Part shown: positions 8,000 to 17,270 of the stretch, piece by piece
Layout of the letters: the number at the start of each line of letters is the position of its first letter
How positions within the stretch are numbered: position 1 is the stretch's first letter
Assembly: GCA_050122215.1 (NCBI GenBank)
Contig: JASFJH010000001.1
Span: forward strand, 1 to 24,231
Length of the DNA stretch: 24,231 nt
Direction of reading: 5' to 3'
Source of the DNA: Granulosicoccaceae bacterium
GTDB taxonomy: Bacteria; Pseudomonadota; Gammaproteobacteria; AKS1
Notes under the pieces: generated by a model
Databases searched by the model: none
Told to the model about the DNA's origin: nothing
What the model saw: only the letters and a program-made list of their open reading frames with translations
Program-made: the position numbers and the translations under genes

Positions 8000-8368
8000 T
8001 CAGAAGTCCGTGGGGGTTTTCGTGTCCTGCAGGATATAGGCGGTCTTCTCGGTATCGACCTCGTTCTCGTCAACAAACTTGAACTCGTTCCAGCCGATGC
8101 GGATGATGTCGTTGTTATGCAGGCGATGGCGGCTGACCTCGGCATCATTGACGAAGGTCTTGTTGGTACTGCCCAGGTCATTGACCCAGTACGTCAGGTT
8201 GCCGAAATTCTCATCCTGGTTCACTTCGACCTCGGCATGCCGACTGCTTACCGCAAGGTCGTCGATATGGACATCATTGTCTGTTGAACGACCAATCGTC
8301 AGTTTCGAACCTTGCAGTTCGAATTGATTGACGCCGACACCATCGACCATAAGTACAAGCTTTGCCAT
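8000..8368 (-). CDS. Stand-alone FHA domain protein (122 aa) with a Thr-rich C-terminal tail
   Basis: TIGR, VSSRHA, DLGSTNKTFVN (NGT-like, Gly replaced by Lys) and L.NNDIIRIG. AGGAG sits 7 nt upstream of ATG 8368, favouring it over the track start at 8398. Confidence 0.95.
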   Translation of the reverse strand: MAKLVLMVDGVGVNQFELQGSKLTIGRSTDNDVHIDDLAVSSRHAEVEVNQDENFGNLTYWVNDLGSTNKTFVNDAEVSRHRLHNNDIIRIGWNEFKFVDENEVDTEKTAYILQDTKTPTDF

Positions 8369-8381
8369 GCCGTGTCTCCTG

Positions 8382-9128
8382 CTATTGTGAACACTCAAGT
8401 ATTAATACGGATATATTGTCATCACCACCGGCGGCATTGGCCTGGCGAATCAGTTCATCGCTGGCGCGGGAAGCACTCTCGGCTCCCCGGAGTATGTGAT
8501 GAATTGCATCATCGTCAAGCATACCGCTCAGTCCATCCGAACAAAACAGGTAAACATCCCCGGGTTGTGTATCGAGTTGCCGGATGTGGGCCTCAACCTG
8601 GTCCTGGCTGCCGAGCGAGCGTGTGAGAATATGATTGAAACCGGAACCTTCTTTCTGTTCAGCCGTGATCACGCCCTCCTCGACCATTTGCTCGGTAAGC
8701 GTATCATCGCGTGTCAGTGCCACAAACTCGTCACCGCGCAGGCGGTAGCAACGCGAATCACCGATATGCGCGATGACCAGCCGGTCATCGCAGGCAAGCC
8801 CGGCCACGAGCGTGGTTGCCATCTGTGCCAGTTCGGGAGTTTGCTGGCGGCCCTCGAACACGATGTGGTTGGCCTCGGCAATGGCCTGCTGTAACAGGGA
8901 CTGCGGCTGGCATCCGGTGGCATCGCGCATGAGTTCGAGCGTCTTGCTACGCACGGCCTCGACCGCCAGCTGGCTCGCCACCTCGCCACCAGTAGTACCC
9001 CCTACCCCGTCGGCGAGCACGGCAAGCACGGTATGGCCGTCGCTGTCGAGGTACCAGTCGATACTGTCCTCGTTGTGCGCGCGGACCCGGCCGGTATCGG
9101 ATTCACCATATATGGAATAGTGCATCAC
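8382..9128 (-). CDS. PP2C/PPM-family Ser/Thr phosphatase (Stp1/PrpC-like)
   Basis: SDTGRVRAHNEDS, VLADGVGG, MATT, AHIGDSRCY, LTRSLG, FCSDGL and GGDDNIS; the metal-binding Asp residues are present. Start is GTG 9128 or ATG 9125. Confidence 0.95.
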   Translation of the reverse strand: MMHYSIYGESDTGRVRAHNEDSIDWYLDSDGHTVLAVLADGVGGTTGGEVASQLAVEAVRSKTLELMRDATGCQPQSLLQQAIAEANHIVFEGRQQTPELAQMATTLVAGLACDDRLVIAHIGDSRCYRLRGDEFVALTRDDTLTEQMVEEGVITAEQKEGSGFNHILTRSLGSQDQVEAHIRQLDTQPGDVYLFCSDGLSGMLDDDAIHHILRGAESASRASDELIRQANAAGGDDNISVLILECSQ

Positions 9129-9138
9129 GGCCTGACCC

Positions 9139-11394
9139 TCAAACCTTCTGCAAGGCCGCTGCCATGTCGCCGGCGGTCTCGTAACGCTTTTCCGGTTTCT
9201 TCTGCAGGGCCTTGTTCACAATCCGCGTGATCTTGATGCTTAGTTCAGGTCGCAGCTCGCGCACGCTGTTATGTTTCTTGTTTGTGATCTGGTAGGCGAC
9301 ACTGGCAAGGCTGTCGCCACGGAACGGTAACTCGCCGGTCAATAACTGGTACAGGGTGACACCGAGGCTGAAGATATCCGCGCGGCCATCCACTTTGGAC
9401 TGGGTCACCTGCTCAGGCGCCATGTACGACGGGCTGCCGAGCAGCGTACCGGTACGCGTGGCATTCGAGTCCGTAATACGGGCGATACCAAAGTCCGTAA
9501 TACGGACACGCTCATCATCCGGGTCATAGATAATATTACCGGGCTTGATATCACGGTGCACGATGCCTTGCCGGTGCGCATAATCGATTGCCTGTGCCAC
9601 CTGCGCGATGATATGGCAAACGGTTTCTATCGGCAGTAACTGGTCCGGCGCAGTCCAGGTACTGAGCGGTTTGCCGGCGGCATAGTCCATGGCGATGTAG
9701 GCGAGGTCGCCGTCTTCGCCGGCATCGAAGATCGTCACGATGTTCGGGTGGTTGAGTTTACCGGCGGCCTCCGCCTCGCGGAAAAACCGTGCCGTAATAT
9801 TCTGTGCTTCAGTGCTACTGAACTGTTTCAACTCCACGGTCTTTATCGCAACCTGCCGCTGGATTTTCGGATCGCGTCCGAGGTACACCACGCCCATCGC
9901 CCCGCGGCCGAGTTCCCGTTCAATCTCGTAGCGCCCAAGCACGGGGTTTTCCACACCGTGTGACGGCATGATCAGGGTCCGCGCACCGTTAAAGGCCGAG
10001 AGGGTACCGGTTGGATCACCGGCATGCTCAAGGGTATTGATCCGCGCACGCACGTCCTGGTAATTGCGTTGCCTGCTGTGCAAGTGCTTGAAGCATTCCA
10101 GCGCCCGCGTATATTTGCGTTGCCGCTCGTACTCGATACCAAGCCGGTACAACAAGGCCAGCGCCTCGTCACTGTTGTCAGACTGCTGCAGGGTGACAAG
10201 GGCATGTTCCAGCTCACCGCCATCAATCTGGTAACGCGCCAGTGTGCGCAAGGTCATGTCATGGTTCGCTGACAATGCAATAGTTTGTTGATGACGCTTG
10301 TGAGAGGCAAACACGAAGAAGTGCCCGAACACCAGTGCTGCCACCACCGTACCGAGCGGTAACCAGACCTGTTGTATGAGCATAAAACCGAATTGCGCGA
10401 CGAGGATCGCGCCTACAGCAATCGATGTCAGTAGCATGCTGGTCTGCGCGCGCAGGCGATGCAGCAACAACAAATAGCTCATGACAAGCAATGCCAGCAA
10501 TAGCTTGGCCAGTACTGCCCAGTAAGGGATCACCGCGGTTTGCCCGGCCAGCATGTCATCGAGCATGGTCGCGGCATTGATCATCGCCGGCTCATCGGCC
10601 GCACCGATCAGGACAATACGGTCTCGTAGCGCGGAATAATCGCGGTCGGCAATCAGGTCACGAAAGGCATACTGGCTGATAGCGGGCCGCAGACGGGTAG
10701 CCGGCAGGTGCAGACCGCGCAACTTGTGACTGATATCGGTACGGGACGGGGCATCGCCATGTTTGTTATACAGAAACGATACCAGGTCCTGCATACCATC
10801 ACTGGGCCGATACCAGACCAGCGGGTAATCGACCAGGGCATAACTATCGGCGACAGGCAGGCTGCGGTAACCGGGTACGGCGTCCTGGCGTAACGCCAGC
10901 GGCGACGGACTTGCATGCACGAGGCGCAGGGCCTGCGTATACCACGGATCAGCGTGTGGCCGGTTGACGATACCCTCGGCGGTGAAATCATAGGCACCCG
11001 CGGCCAGCTTGCCTGTAACGGTGCTGGTGGTGCGGCCAACGATGACCTCGTAACGGGCAAGATCAGCCGACAATTCAGCGATATTCTGATTTGTGATCAG
11101 CACCACGGCCATGGCGCCACTGGCACGGATCTGCGCGAGCCGGGGACTATCGACATACTCTTCAACCCGGGCGGCGGGCGGCAGGCTCAAAACCATGAGC
11201 CGGTCGCTGCCCTGTGGCCCGACGCTGATGTCGGCGGCCATACGGTACAGGCCATCATCAATGGCTTTTAACCACGGCACATGCGCTGCCGGAATGATGG
11301 CCAACAGGCACAAGGCCACGACGATGCCACGGGCACTGAACAACACTGGCCAGTGGCGGATAAATTGCATGATCTGCGTCTGTATCGTTGACAT
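9139..11394 (-). CDS. Membrane Hanks-type Ser/Thr kinase with degenerate CHASE2-like sensor, 3-TM bundle and TPR-like segment
   Basis: Kinase motifs intact: LGRGAMGVVY, VAIK, helix-C Glu (FFREAE), HRDIKPGN, DFG, GSPSYMAPE, DIFSLG. An N-terminal TM and three TMs flank a region ending ALRDRIVLIGA (CHASE2-like). Start uncertain: ATGs at 11445, 11421, 11394 and 11370. Confidence 0.92.
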   Translation of the reverse strand: MSTIQTQIMQFIRHWPVLFSARGIVVALCLLAIIPAAHVPWLKAIDDGLYRMAADISVGPQGSDRLMVLSLPPAARVEEYVDSPRLAQIRASGAMAVVLITNQNIAELSADLARYEVIVGRTTSTVTGKLAAGAYDFTAEGIVNRPHADPWYTQALRLVHASPSPLALRQDAVPGYRSLPVADSYALVDYPLVWYRPSDGMQDLVSFLYNKHGDAPSRTDISHKLRGLHLPATRLRPAISQYAFRDLIADRDYSALRDRIVLIGAADEPAMINAATMLDDMLAGQTAVIPYWAVLAKLLLALLVMSYLLLLHRLRAQTSMLLTSIAVGAILVAQFGFMLIQQVWLPLGTVVAALVFGHFFVFASHKRHQQTIALSANHDMTLRTLARYQIDGGELEHALVTLQQSDNSDEALALLYRLGIEYERQRKYTRALECFKHLHSRQRNYQDVRARINTLEHAGDPTGTLSAFNGARTLIMPSHGVENPVLGRYEIERELGRGAMGVVYLGRDPKIQRQVAIKTVELKQFSSTEAQNITARFFREAEAAGKLNHPNIVTIFDAGEDGDLAYIAMDYAAGKPLSTWTAPDQLLPIETVCHIIAQVAQAIDYAHRQGIVHRDIKPGNIIYDPDDERVRITDFGIARITDSNATRTGTLLGSPSYMAPEQVTQSKVDGRADIFSLGVTLYQLLTGELPFRGDSLASVAYQITNKKHNSVRELRPELSIKITRIVNKALQKKPEKRYETAGDMAAALQKV

Positions 11395-11536
11395 TATTAT
11401 TAATCTAGACGCATTTCGCATTGCGAAACGTGGCAGGTTTAACATTTCGGCGCAAAGACATGCTTTTTTGCCGTTCTACCACCAGCGCCTGATACGGTAC
11501 CGGCGGGGTTTACCTGATTATATAGAAGGACGGCTG

Positions 11537-12931
11537 TTATTTCTTCACGTGTTTCATCATGCGCTTGCGGCTACGTTGCTGGCGCGGGGTGAGCTTGTTG
11601 CGGCGACCCTGAAACGGATTGACACCGGTACGAAACTCGATGCGCACGGGGGTACCGCGGAAGTCCAGCACCTTCATGAAGGTGTTCATCAGGTAGCGCT
11701 TGTAGGAATTGGGAACGGCCTCGGTCTGGTTACCATGGATGACGATGATCGGCGGGTTCTGACCACCCTGGTGCGCGTAACGCAACTTGATGCGACGGCC
11801 ACGCACCAGTGGTGGTTGATGCGCCTCGAGTGCGTCTTCCAGAATACGTGTCAGTTGCGGCGTGGAGATCTTGCGCATGGCTGATTCGTAGGCCTTGTCG
11901 ACCGAATCAAACAGGTTGCCAACCCCGGTGCCGTGCAGGGCCGAGATAAAATGGATATCGGCAAAATCGATAAAGTTCAGGCGCCGATCCAGTTCCCGTT
12001 TCACCTCGTTACGATCATCCTGTGACAGGTTGTCCCATTTGTTAACGGCGATCACAAGCGCGCGGCCGGCATCGAGTACCTGGCCAAGCAGGTTCAGGTC
12101 CTGATCACTGATGTTGAGCCGCGCGTCGAGCACGAGGATCACAACATTGGCCGCATCGATCGCCTGCAGGGTTTTTACGACACTGAACTTTTCCACGACT
12201 TCCCTGATCTTGCCGCGGCGCCGGACACCGGCTGTATCGATCAGCGTGTACTCCTTGCCCATGCGTTCAAACGGGATAAAGATACTGTCGCGCGTGGTGC
12301 CCGGCATGTCGTAAACGAGCACGCGTTCTTCACCGAGCATGCGATTAACCAGCGTGGATTTGCCAACATTGGGCCGGCCCAGGACGGCGATACGAATGCC
12401 CTTCAGGTTGGCCTCGTCCTCCTGCCCGGTTTCCGACGGCGCAGGCAACAATCCGCTAATGGCTTCCACCATACGTTGCACGCCGCGACCATGGGCCGAG
12501 GCAATAGGCAGGGGCTCACCCAGGCCAAGCGCGTGAAACTCGGCAATCGCCATGTCGGCATTTACGCCATCGATCTTGTTGAGCACGAGGACGAAGGATT
12601 TACCGAGCTGACGTAACTGCGCAGCAATGGTTTCATCGGCCGTAGTCAGGCCATCACGTGCGTCCACCAGGAACAGGACGAGGTCGGCTTCCTCAATGGC
12701 CAGCAGGGTCTGCCCGGCCATGTGCACATCGATCCCTTCACGCTCGCCGCTCAGGCCACCCGTATCGATGACGATTACCTCACGTTCATCGATTTTGGCA
12801 TGACCATACTTGCGGTCACGGGTCATACCCGGTTGATCGGCAACGATCGCATCACGTGTGCGTGTCAGCCGGTTAAACAAGGTAGACTTGCCGACGTTCG
12901 GCCTACCGACAAGCGCGATAACTGGTTTCAT
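11537..12931 (-). CDS. der: Ribosome biogenesis GTPase Der (EngA)
   Basis: Two tandem G domains (GRPNVGKST twice, DTGG/DTAG, NKID/NKWD) plus a KH-like C-terminus. Confidence 0.99.
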   Translation of the reverse strand: MKPVIALVGRPNVGKSTLFNRLTRTRDAIVADQPGMTRDRKYGHAKIDEREVIVIDTGGLSGEREGIDVHMAGQTLLAIEEADLVLFLVDARDGLTTADETIAAQLRQLGKSFVLVLNKIDGVNADMAIAEFHALGLGEPLPIASAHGRGVQRMVEAISGLLPAPSETGQEDEANLKGIRIAVLGRPNVGKSTLVNRMLGEERVLVYDMPGTTRDSIFIPFERMGKEYTLIDTAGVRRRGKIREVVEKFSVVKTLQAIDAANVVILVLDARLNISDQDLNLLGQVLDAGRALVIAVNKWDNLSQDDRNEVKRELDRRLNFIDFADIHFISALHGTGVGNLFDSVDKAYESAMRKISTPQLTRILEDALEAHQPPLVRGRRIKLRYAHQGGQNPPIIVIHGNQTEAVPNSYKRYLMNTFMKVLDFRGTPVRIEFRTGVNPFQGRRNKLTPRQQRSRKRMMKHVKK

Positions 12932-12972
12932 GACTCTGCCCGGATTATTCCGGTAACTGGTTGCAAAAAATA

Positions 12973-14139
12973 TTAACCGTTGATACGTAATGCTGTGACG
13001 CGGCCATCCGAGCCACTGACAAAGATGGTATCATCCTTGATGATCGGCGCTGCAATAATCGGTGCACTGCCAACCCGGCTGCGCGCCACAAAGCTGCCAT
13101 CCCGGTTCGACATGACATGGATATAGCCTTCCAGGTCGCCGACAATGACATAATCCTTGTATACGGCCGGTGCGGTTAACTTGCGCGCATACAGTTTGTC
13201 CTGCTTCCAGTACGAGGAACCGCTACGGCGATCCAGTGCCCAGACCGCATCATTTTCATCGGTAACAAACAGGAACTGTTTGTCAGCAGACAGCCCGGCG
13301 CTCGAAGACATTTCCCGTCGCCACAGGCCACGACCGTTTTCAAGTGCCACGGTTGCCACGTTCCCCTGGTAAGTCACGGCATGCACAACACCGTCGGCGA
13401 TCAGCGGCTCAGCATCGATATCGACCATACGTTCGAGTTCTGAACGACCTCGCGGCACGCTGATCGCGGACTCCCAGATCAGGGCGCCATCCGACAGGCG
13501 CAGCGCAACCAGCCTGCCATCAGCCAGCCCGGCAACCAGGCCATTGCCATCAATCACCGGCGCACTGGCACCGCGCAATGACAACACCGGCACCTTGCTG
13601 TCGTAAATCCACAACCGCTTGCCGTCAGCCGCATTCAAACCGAAGATACGTCCATCAATACTGCGGGCAACCACCACGCCCTTACCAATCTGCGGGGTTG
13701 CCAGCACCTCGCTGGACACGCGGGTACGCCAACGTTCACTGCCATCGGCCTGGCTGAATGCGACAACCTCGGCATCGGCCGTGCCGACCAGCACGAGCCC
13801 TTCGCCACTGCCCGGGCCACCCCGTACTGGCAGCTTGCTCTCGATCTGCCAGAGCGTATCGCCCGACTGCACATCAAACGCGCTGATGCGCCCTTTCACA
13901 CCGGCGGCAAACAGGCGATTACCGTCAATGCTGGGCAGCAGGCGCACATACAACTTCTTGCTGGAACTGCCCGCCCTGGCTTGCCATACAGTATTGATAG
14001 TTGCCCTGGCCTTGAATTCTACCAGTTGCGCAGGCGGCGTCGTGTTGTCCTTGCCGGAGAAATAACCACTGACCGTTTCACCCAATGATGAGCAACCGTT
14101 CAGCAATACCGCCAATAGCGGTAACCACAGGTAACGCAT
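12973..14139 (-). CDS. bamB: Outer membrane protein assembly lipoprotein BamB
   Basis: Lipobox LLNGC, PQQ-like beta-propeller repeats (G..LW), and the canonical position between yfgM and der. Confidence 0.95.
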   Translation of the reverse strand: MRYLWLPLLAVLLNGCSSLGETVSGYFSGKDNTTPPAQLVEFKARATINTVWQARAGSSSKKLYVRLLPSIDGNRLFAAGVKGRISAFDVQSGDTLWQIESKLPVRGGPGSGEGLVLVGTADAEVVAFSQADGSERWRTRVSSEVLATPQIGKGVVVARSIDGRIFGLNAADGKRLWIYDSKVPVLSLRGASAPVIDGNGLVAGLADGRLVALRLSDGALIWESAISVPRGRSELERMVDIDAEPLIADGVVHAVTYQGNVATVALENGRGLWRREMSSSAGLSADKQFLFVTDENDAVWALDRRSGSSYWKQDKLYARKLTAPAVYKDYVIVGDLEGYIHVMSNRDGSFVARSRVGSAPIIAAPIIKDDTIFVSGSDGRVTALRING

Positions 14140-14795
14140 TACTTCTCCTCCGTTGTAACTGCCGGGGCTGCGGCAATATCATCAAGCTTGAGCTTCAATG
14201 TATTGCTTTGCTGCGTATCGTCCCCGGCAGCGGCCAGGGCACGATTATAGGCTTGGCGCGCGGCAGCGAGTTCACCCTTTGCCCGCGCAATGTCACCTTC
14301 GACCTCGGCATAGGCCGCGGCATAGGCACCCGGCTCGACCTTCTCAAGCACGGCACTGGCCGCGTCGCTGTTGCCGGCCGCAATCATCACGCGGGCCAGG
14401 CGCAGACGCGCGGCATGTTCAAGCTGGTCCTGGCGGGTATTGGCAAGTGTCCACTGCAGGTGTGCAGCCGCGGCATCAAGGTCTCCGGCCTCGACCGCCA
14501 GGCGGCCCTGGGCGAAGGCCGCCAGTGCGGCGTACGGCGTACGTTTGAAATCACTACGCAGGCTGTTTGCCTGTTGTTCCACGGCAGCCGCATTGCCGGC
14601 CTGCAGGTTCGTCATCAGCTGCTGGTAGATACGCGAGGCCTGGGCGGCCTGTTCATCACGGTAATCATTCCAGTAATTCCAGCCAAACAGCGCGGCAAAG
14701 CCGATGACAAGGCCCGCCACAACGGACAGACCATTGTCTTTCCACCATTGCTTGATCGCCTCGACTTGTTGTTCTTCCGTTTGATGTTCTGCCAC
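14139..14795 (-). CDS. yfgM: Ancillary SecYEG translocon subunit YfgM (TPR protein)
   Basis: EEQQVEAIKQWWKDNG, a single TM, TPR-like helices, RLARV and GDI motifs; lies between hisS and bamB. GTG start. Confidence 0.93.
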   Translation of the reverse strand: MAEHQTEEQQVEAIKQWWKDNGLSVVAGLVIGFAALFGWNYWNDYRDEQAAQASRIYQQLMTNLQAGNAAAVEQQANSLRSDFKRTPYAALAAFAQGRLAVEAGDLDAAAAHLQWTLANTRQDQLEHAARLRLARVMIAAGNSDAASAVLEKVEPGAYAAAYAEVEGDIARAKGELAAARQAYNRALAAAGDDTQQSNTLKLKLDDIAAAPAVTTEEK

Positions 14796-14831
14796 TGTTA
14801 TTCCCCAACCTTGATATATAAATTCCGTGAT

Positions 14832-16109
14832 TTATGCCTGGCAAACGAGCTCGGCCAGCCAGTTTTCCAGTTCGTCCCAGCTCATGCGCTGTTGTTCACT
14901 GTCACTGCGCAGATCCTTGAGTGTGACCTCGTTGCTCGCGACCTCTTCACTACCAAGGACGAGCGCCACCGCCGCGCCACTCTTGTCGGCCCGCTTGAAC
15001 TGGGCCTTGAAGCTGCCGCCGCCACAATTTACCACAAGTCGCAGGCCAGGCACGCGATCACGCAGCCGTTCGGCCAGTGCAGCGCCGGCAACCTCTGCCT
15101 CGCTGCCGGCCATAACCAGGTACGCATGCGCCGTCGACATGGGCACCTCGACACCACTTTCCTCGAGCAGGGCAATCAGGCGCTCGATGCCCATGGCGAA
15201 ACCGGATGCCGGGCAAGGCTTGCCGCCAAGTTGCTCGACCAGACCGTCAAACCGCCCGCCGGCGCAGACCGTACCCTGGGCGCCGAGGCGATCCGTGGTC
15301 CACTCGAATACGGTCTTTGTGTAGTAATCGAGTCCACGCACGAGACGCGTATTGATATCGTAGTCGATACCGGCCGCATCAAGCAGCGTCTTGAGCTGTT
15401 CAAAATGCTCGCGGGATTCATCATCAAGGTGATCGATAAGCTTCGGCGCCGCCTCGATCATGGCCTGCATGTCCGGGTTCTTGCTGTCGAGTACGCGCAA
15501 GGGGTTGGTCTCGAGCCGGCGCTGGCTGTCCTCATCGAGGATCGCCATGTGCTCGCGCAGGTAGTCCTGTAACACATCGCGGTAGGTGTGACGCGATTCA
15601 AGTGAACCGAGCGAGTTCAGCTCAAGCTTGATGCCGTCAAGGCCAAGCATTTTCCACAATCGCGCCGTCATGAAGATCAACTCGGCATCGATGTCCGGTC
15701 CGGCCAGGCCGAAGGTCTCGACACCGACCTGGTGGAACTGTCGATAGCGGCCTTTCTGCGGCCGTTCATGGCGGAACATCGGTCCGGTATACCAGAGCTT
15801 CTGGGTCTGATTCTGGATCAGGCCGTTTTCCAGGCAGGCGCGCACACAACTTGCGGTACCTTCCGGGCGCAGGGTCAGGCTGTCACCGTTGCGGTCCTCG
15901 AAGCTATACATTTCTTTCTCGACAATGTCGGTCACTTCGCCGATGGAACGGCAAAACAGTTCGGTGACCTCGACAATTGGCGTACGGATCTCGCTGTAGC
16001 CGTATGCATTGAGGAGTGTAGTGACTGTAAATTCAAGATGCTGCCAATACGGAGCGTGCACGGGCAGGATGTCATGCATGCCCCGGATTGCCTTGATGTA
16101 CTTCGCCAA
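14832..16109 (-). CDS. hisS: Histidine--tRNA ligase
   Basis: [58 protein letters not shown]. Confidence 0.99.
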   Translation of the reverse strand: MAKYIKAIRGMHDILPVHAPYWQHLEFTVTTLLNAYGYSEIRTPIVEVTELFCRSIGEVTDIVEKEMYSFEDRNGDSLTLRPEGTASCVRACLENGLIQNQTQKLWYTGPMFRHERPQKGRYRQFHQVGVETFGLAGPDIDAELIFMTARLWKMLGLDGIKLELNSLGSLESRHTYRDVLQDYLREHMAILDEDSQRRLETNPLRVLDSKNPDMQAMIEAAPKLIDHLDDESREHFEQLKTLLDAAGIDYDINTRLVRGLDYYTKTVFEWTTDRLGAQGTVCAGGRFDGLVEQLGGKPCPASGFAMGIERLIALLEESGVEVPMSTAHAYLVMAGSEAEVAGAALAERLRDRVPGLRLVVNCGGGSFKAQFKRADKSGAAVALVLGSEEVASNEVTLKDLRSDSEQQRMSWDELENWLAELVCQA

Positions 16110-16133
16110 GCTGGTTCCCCTGGAAAATCGTGT

Positions 16134-17258
16134 TCAGGCTTTCGGTGCTGCCTGGACCTTTAATGGATTCGTATCGGTGTCGTCACGATTGGCAAGATGC
16201 TCGCGGATCACCCGTTCAAGTTCATCGACAAGCCGTTCATCATCAACCTTGTGATCCGGTTTGCCATTGATATACAGCAGGTTCGGTTCACCACCGGTCA
16301 GGCCGATATCCGCCTCGCGCGCTTCGCCCGGGCCGTTCACCACGCAGCCGATCACTGCGACATCAATCGGTTCGATAATGTCTTCAAGCCGTTCTTCGAG
16401 TGCGTTGACCGTTTTGATCACGTCGAACTTCTGCCGTGAACATGACGGGCATGCAATCAGATTCACGCCCTTGGCGCGCAGGTGCAGGCTTTTCAGGATA
16501 TCGAAACCAACCTTGATCTCCTGCACCGGATCGGCAGCCAGCGACACCCGGATCGTATCGCCGATACCGTCATTGAGCAGCATGCCCAGGCCAATTGCGG
16601 ACTTGACCGCACCGGCACGCGCACCACCGGCTTCGGTAATACCGAGGTGCAGCGGTTGCTCAATCTCACCGGCAAGCTGGCGATAGGCGGCAACCGTGGT
16701 ATGCACATCCGAGGCCTTCAGACTGATCTTGTATTCCTGGAAATCATGCCGGTCGAGGATGTCGATATGGCGCATCGCCGATTCGACGAGCGCGGCCGGC
16801 GTAGGCTCGCCATATTTCTTCTGCAGGTCCTTTTCCAGTGAACCGGCATTCACGCCAACCCGGATCGGAATGTTGTGATCCCGCGCCGACTCGATCACGG
16901 CCCGTACGCGGTCTTCACGGCCGATATTGCCCGGGTTGATGCGCAAACAATCGGCGCCGAGTTCGGCAACGCGCAACGCAATCTTGTAATCAAAATGGAT
17001 ATCGGTGACAAGCGGCAACGTGACGCGTTTGCGGATCTCGGCAAACGCCTCGGCGGCCGCCATACTCGGTACAGAGACACGCACGATGTCGGCGCCGGCG
17101 CGTTGCAGGGCCTCGACCTGGCCGACCGTCGCATCGACGTCGCAGGTCTCGGTGTTGGTCATGCTCTGCACCGAGATCGGCGCATCGCCACCCACTGCCA
17201 CATCACCAACGAAAATCTGTCGCGAGCGGCGCCGCTTGATGTCAGGTTTGAATGTCAT
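16134..17258 (-). CDS. ispG: 4-hydroxy-3-methylbut-2-en-1-yl diphosphate synthase IspG
   Basis: [35 protein letters not shown] and GCVVNGPGE ([4Fe-4S] ligands). Confidence 0.99.
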   Translation of the reverse strand: MTFKPDIKRRRSRQIFVGDVAVGGDAPISVQSMTNTETCDVDATVGQVEALQRAGADIVRVSVPSMAAAEAFAEIRKRVTLPLVTDIHFDYKIALRVAELGADCLRINPGNIGREDRVRAVIESARDHNIPIRVGVNAGSLEKDLQKKYGEPTPAALVESAMRHIDILDRHDFQEYKISLKASDVHTTVAAYRQLAGEIEQPLHLGITEAGGARAGAVKSAIGLGMLLNDGIGDTIRVSLAADPVQEIKVGFDILKSLHLRAKGVNLIACPSCSRQKFDVIKTVNALEERLEDIIEPIDVAVIGCVVNGPGEAREADIGLTGGEPNLLYINGKPDHKVDDERLVDELERVIREHLANRDDTDTNPLKVQAAPKA

Positions 17259-17270
17259 TGGTTTTGCCCG

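Noticed and set aside
8382-9128. PP2C deviations (MATT for MGTT, RDDT for RDHS) as signs of a pseudophosphatase
   Set aside because: The metal-coordinating Asp residues (NED, ADG, SDG, DN) and GDSR are intact, so the enzyme is probably active.
8000-11445. Reading the kinase/PP2C/FHA genes as a T6SS regulatory locus or an anti-phage system
   Set aside because: No tss, vgrG or hcp genes, and no nuclease, toxin, vWA or mobile-element context in the window. The membrane sensor architecture fits signal transduction better. An unlinked T6SS elsewhere cannot be excluded.
11512-11530. TATAAT on the minus strand just after the der stop as a kinase promoter
   Set aside because: No matching -35 or extended -10 element, so it is too weak to call without TSS data.
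14085-15572. 495-aa plus-strand ORF antisense to yfgM/hisS
   Set aside because: It fully overlaps well-supported genes and has no recognisable motifs. Long antisense ORFs are expected from codon bias in high-GC genes.
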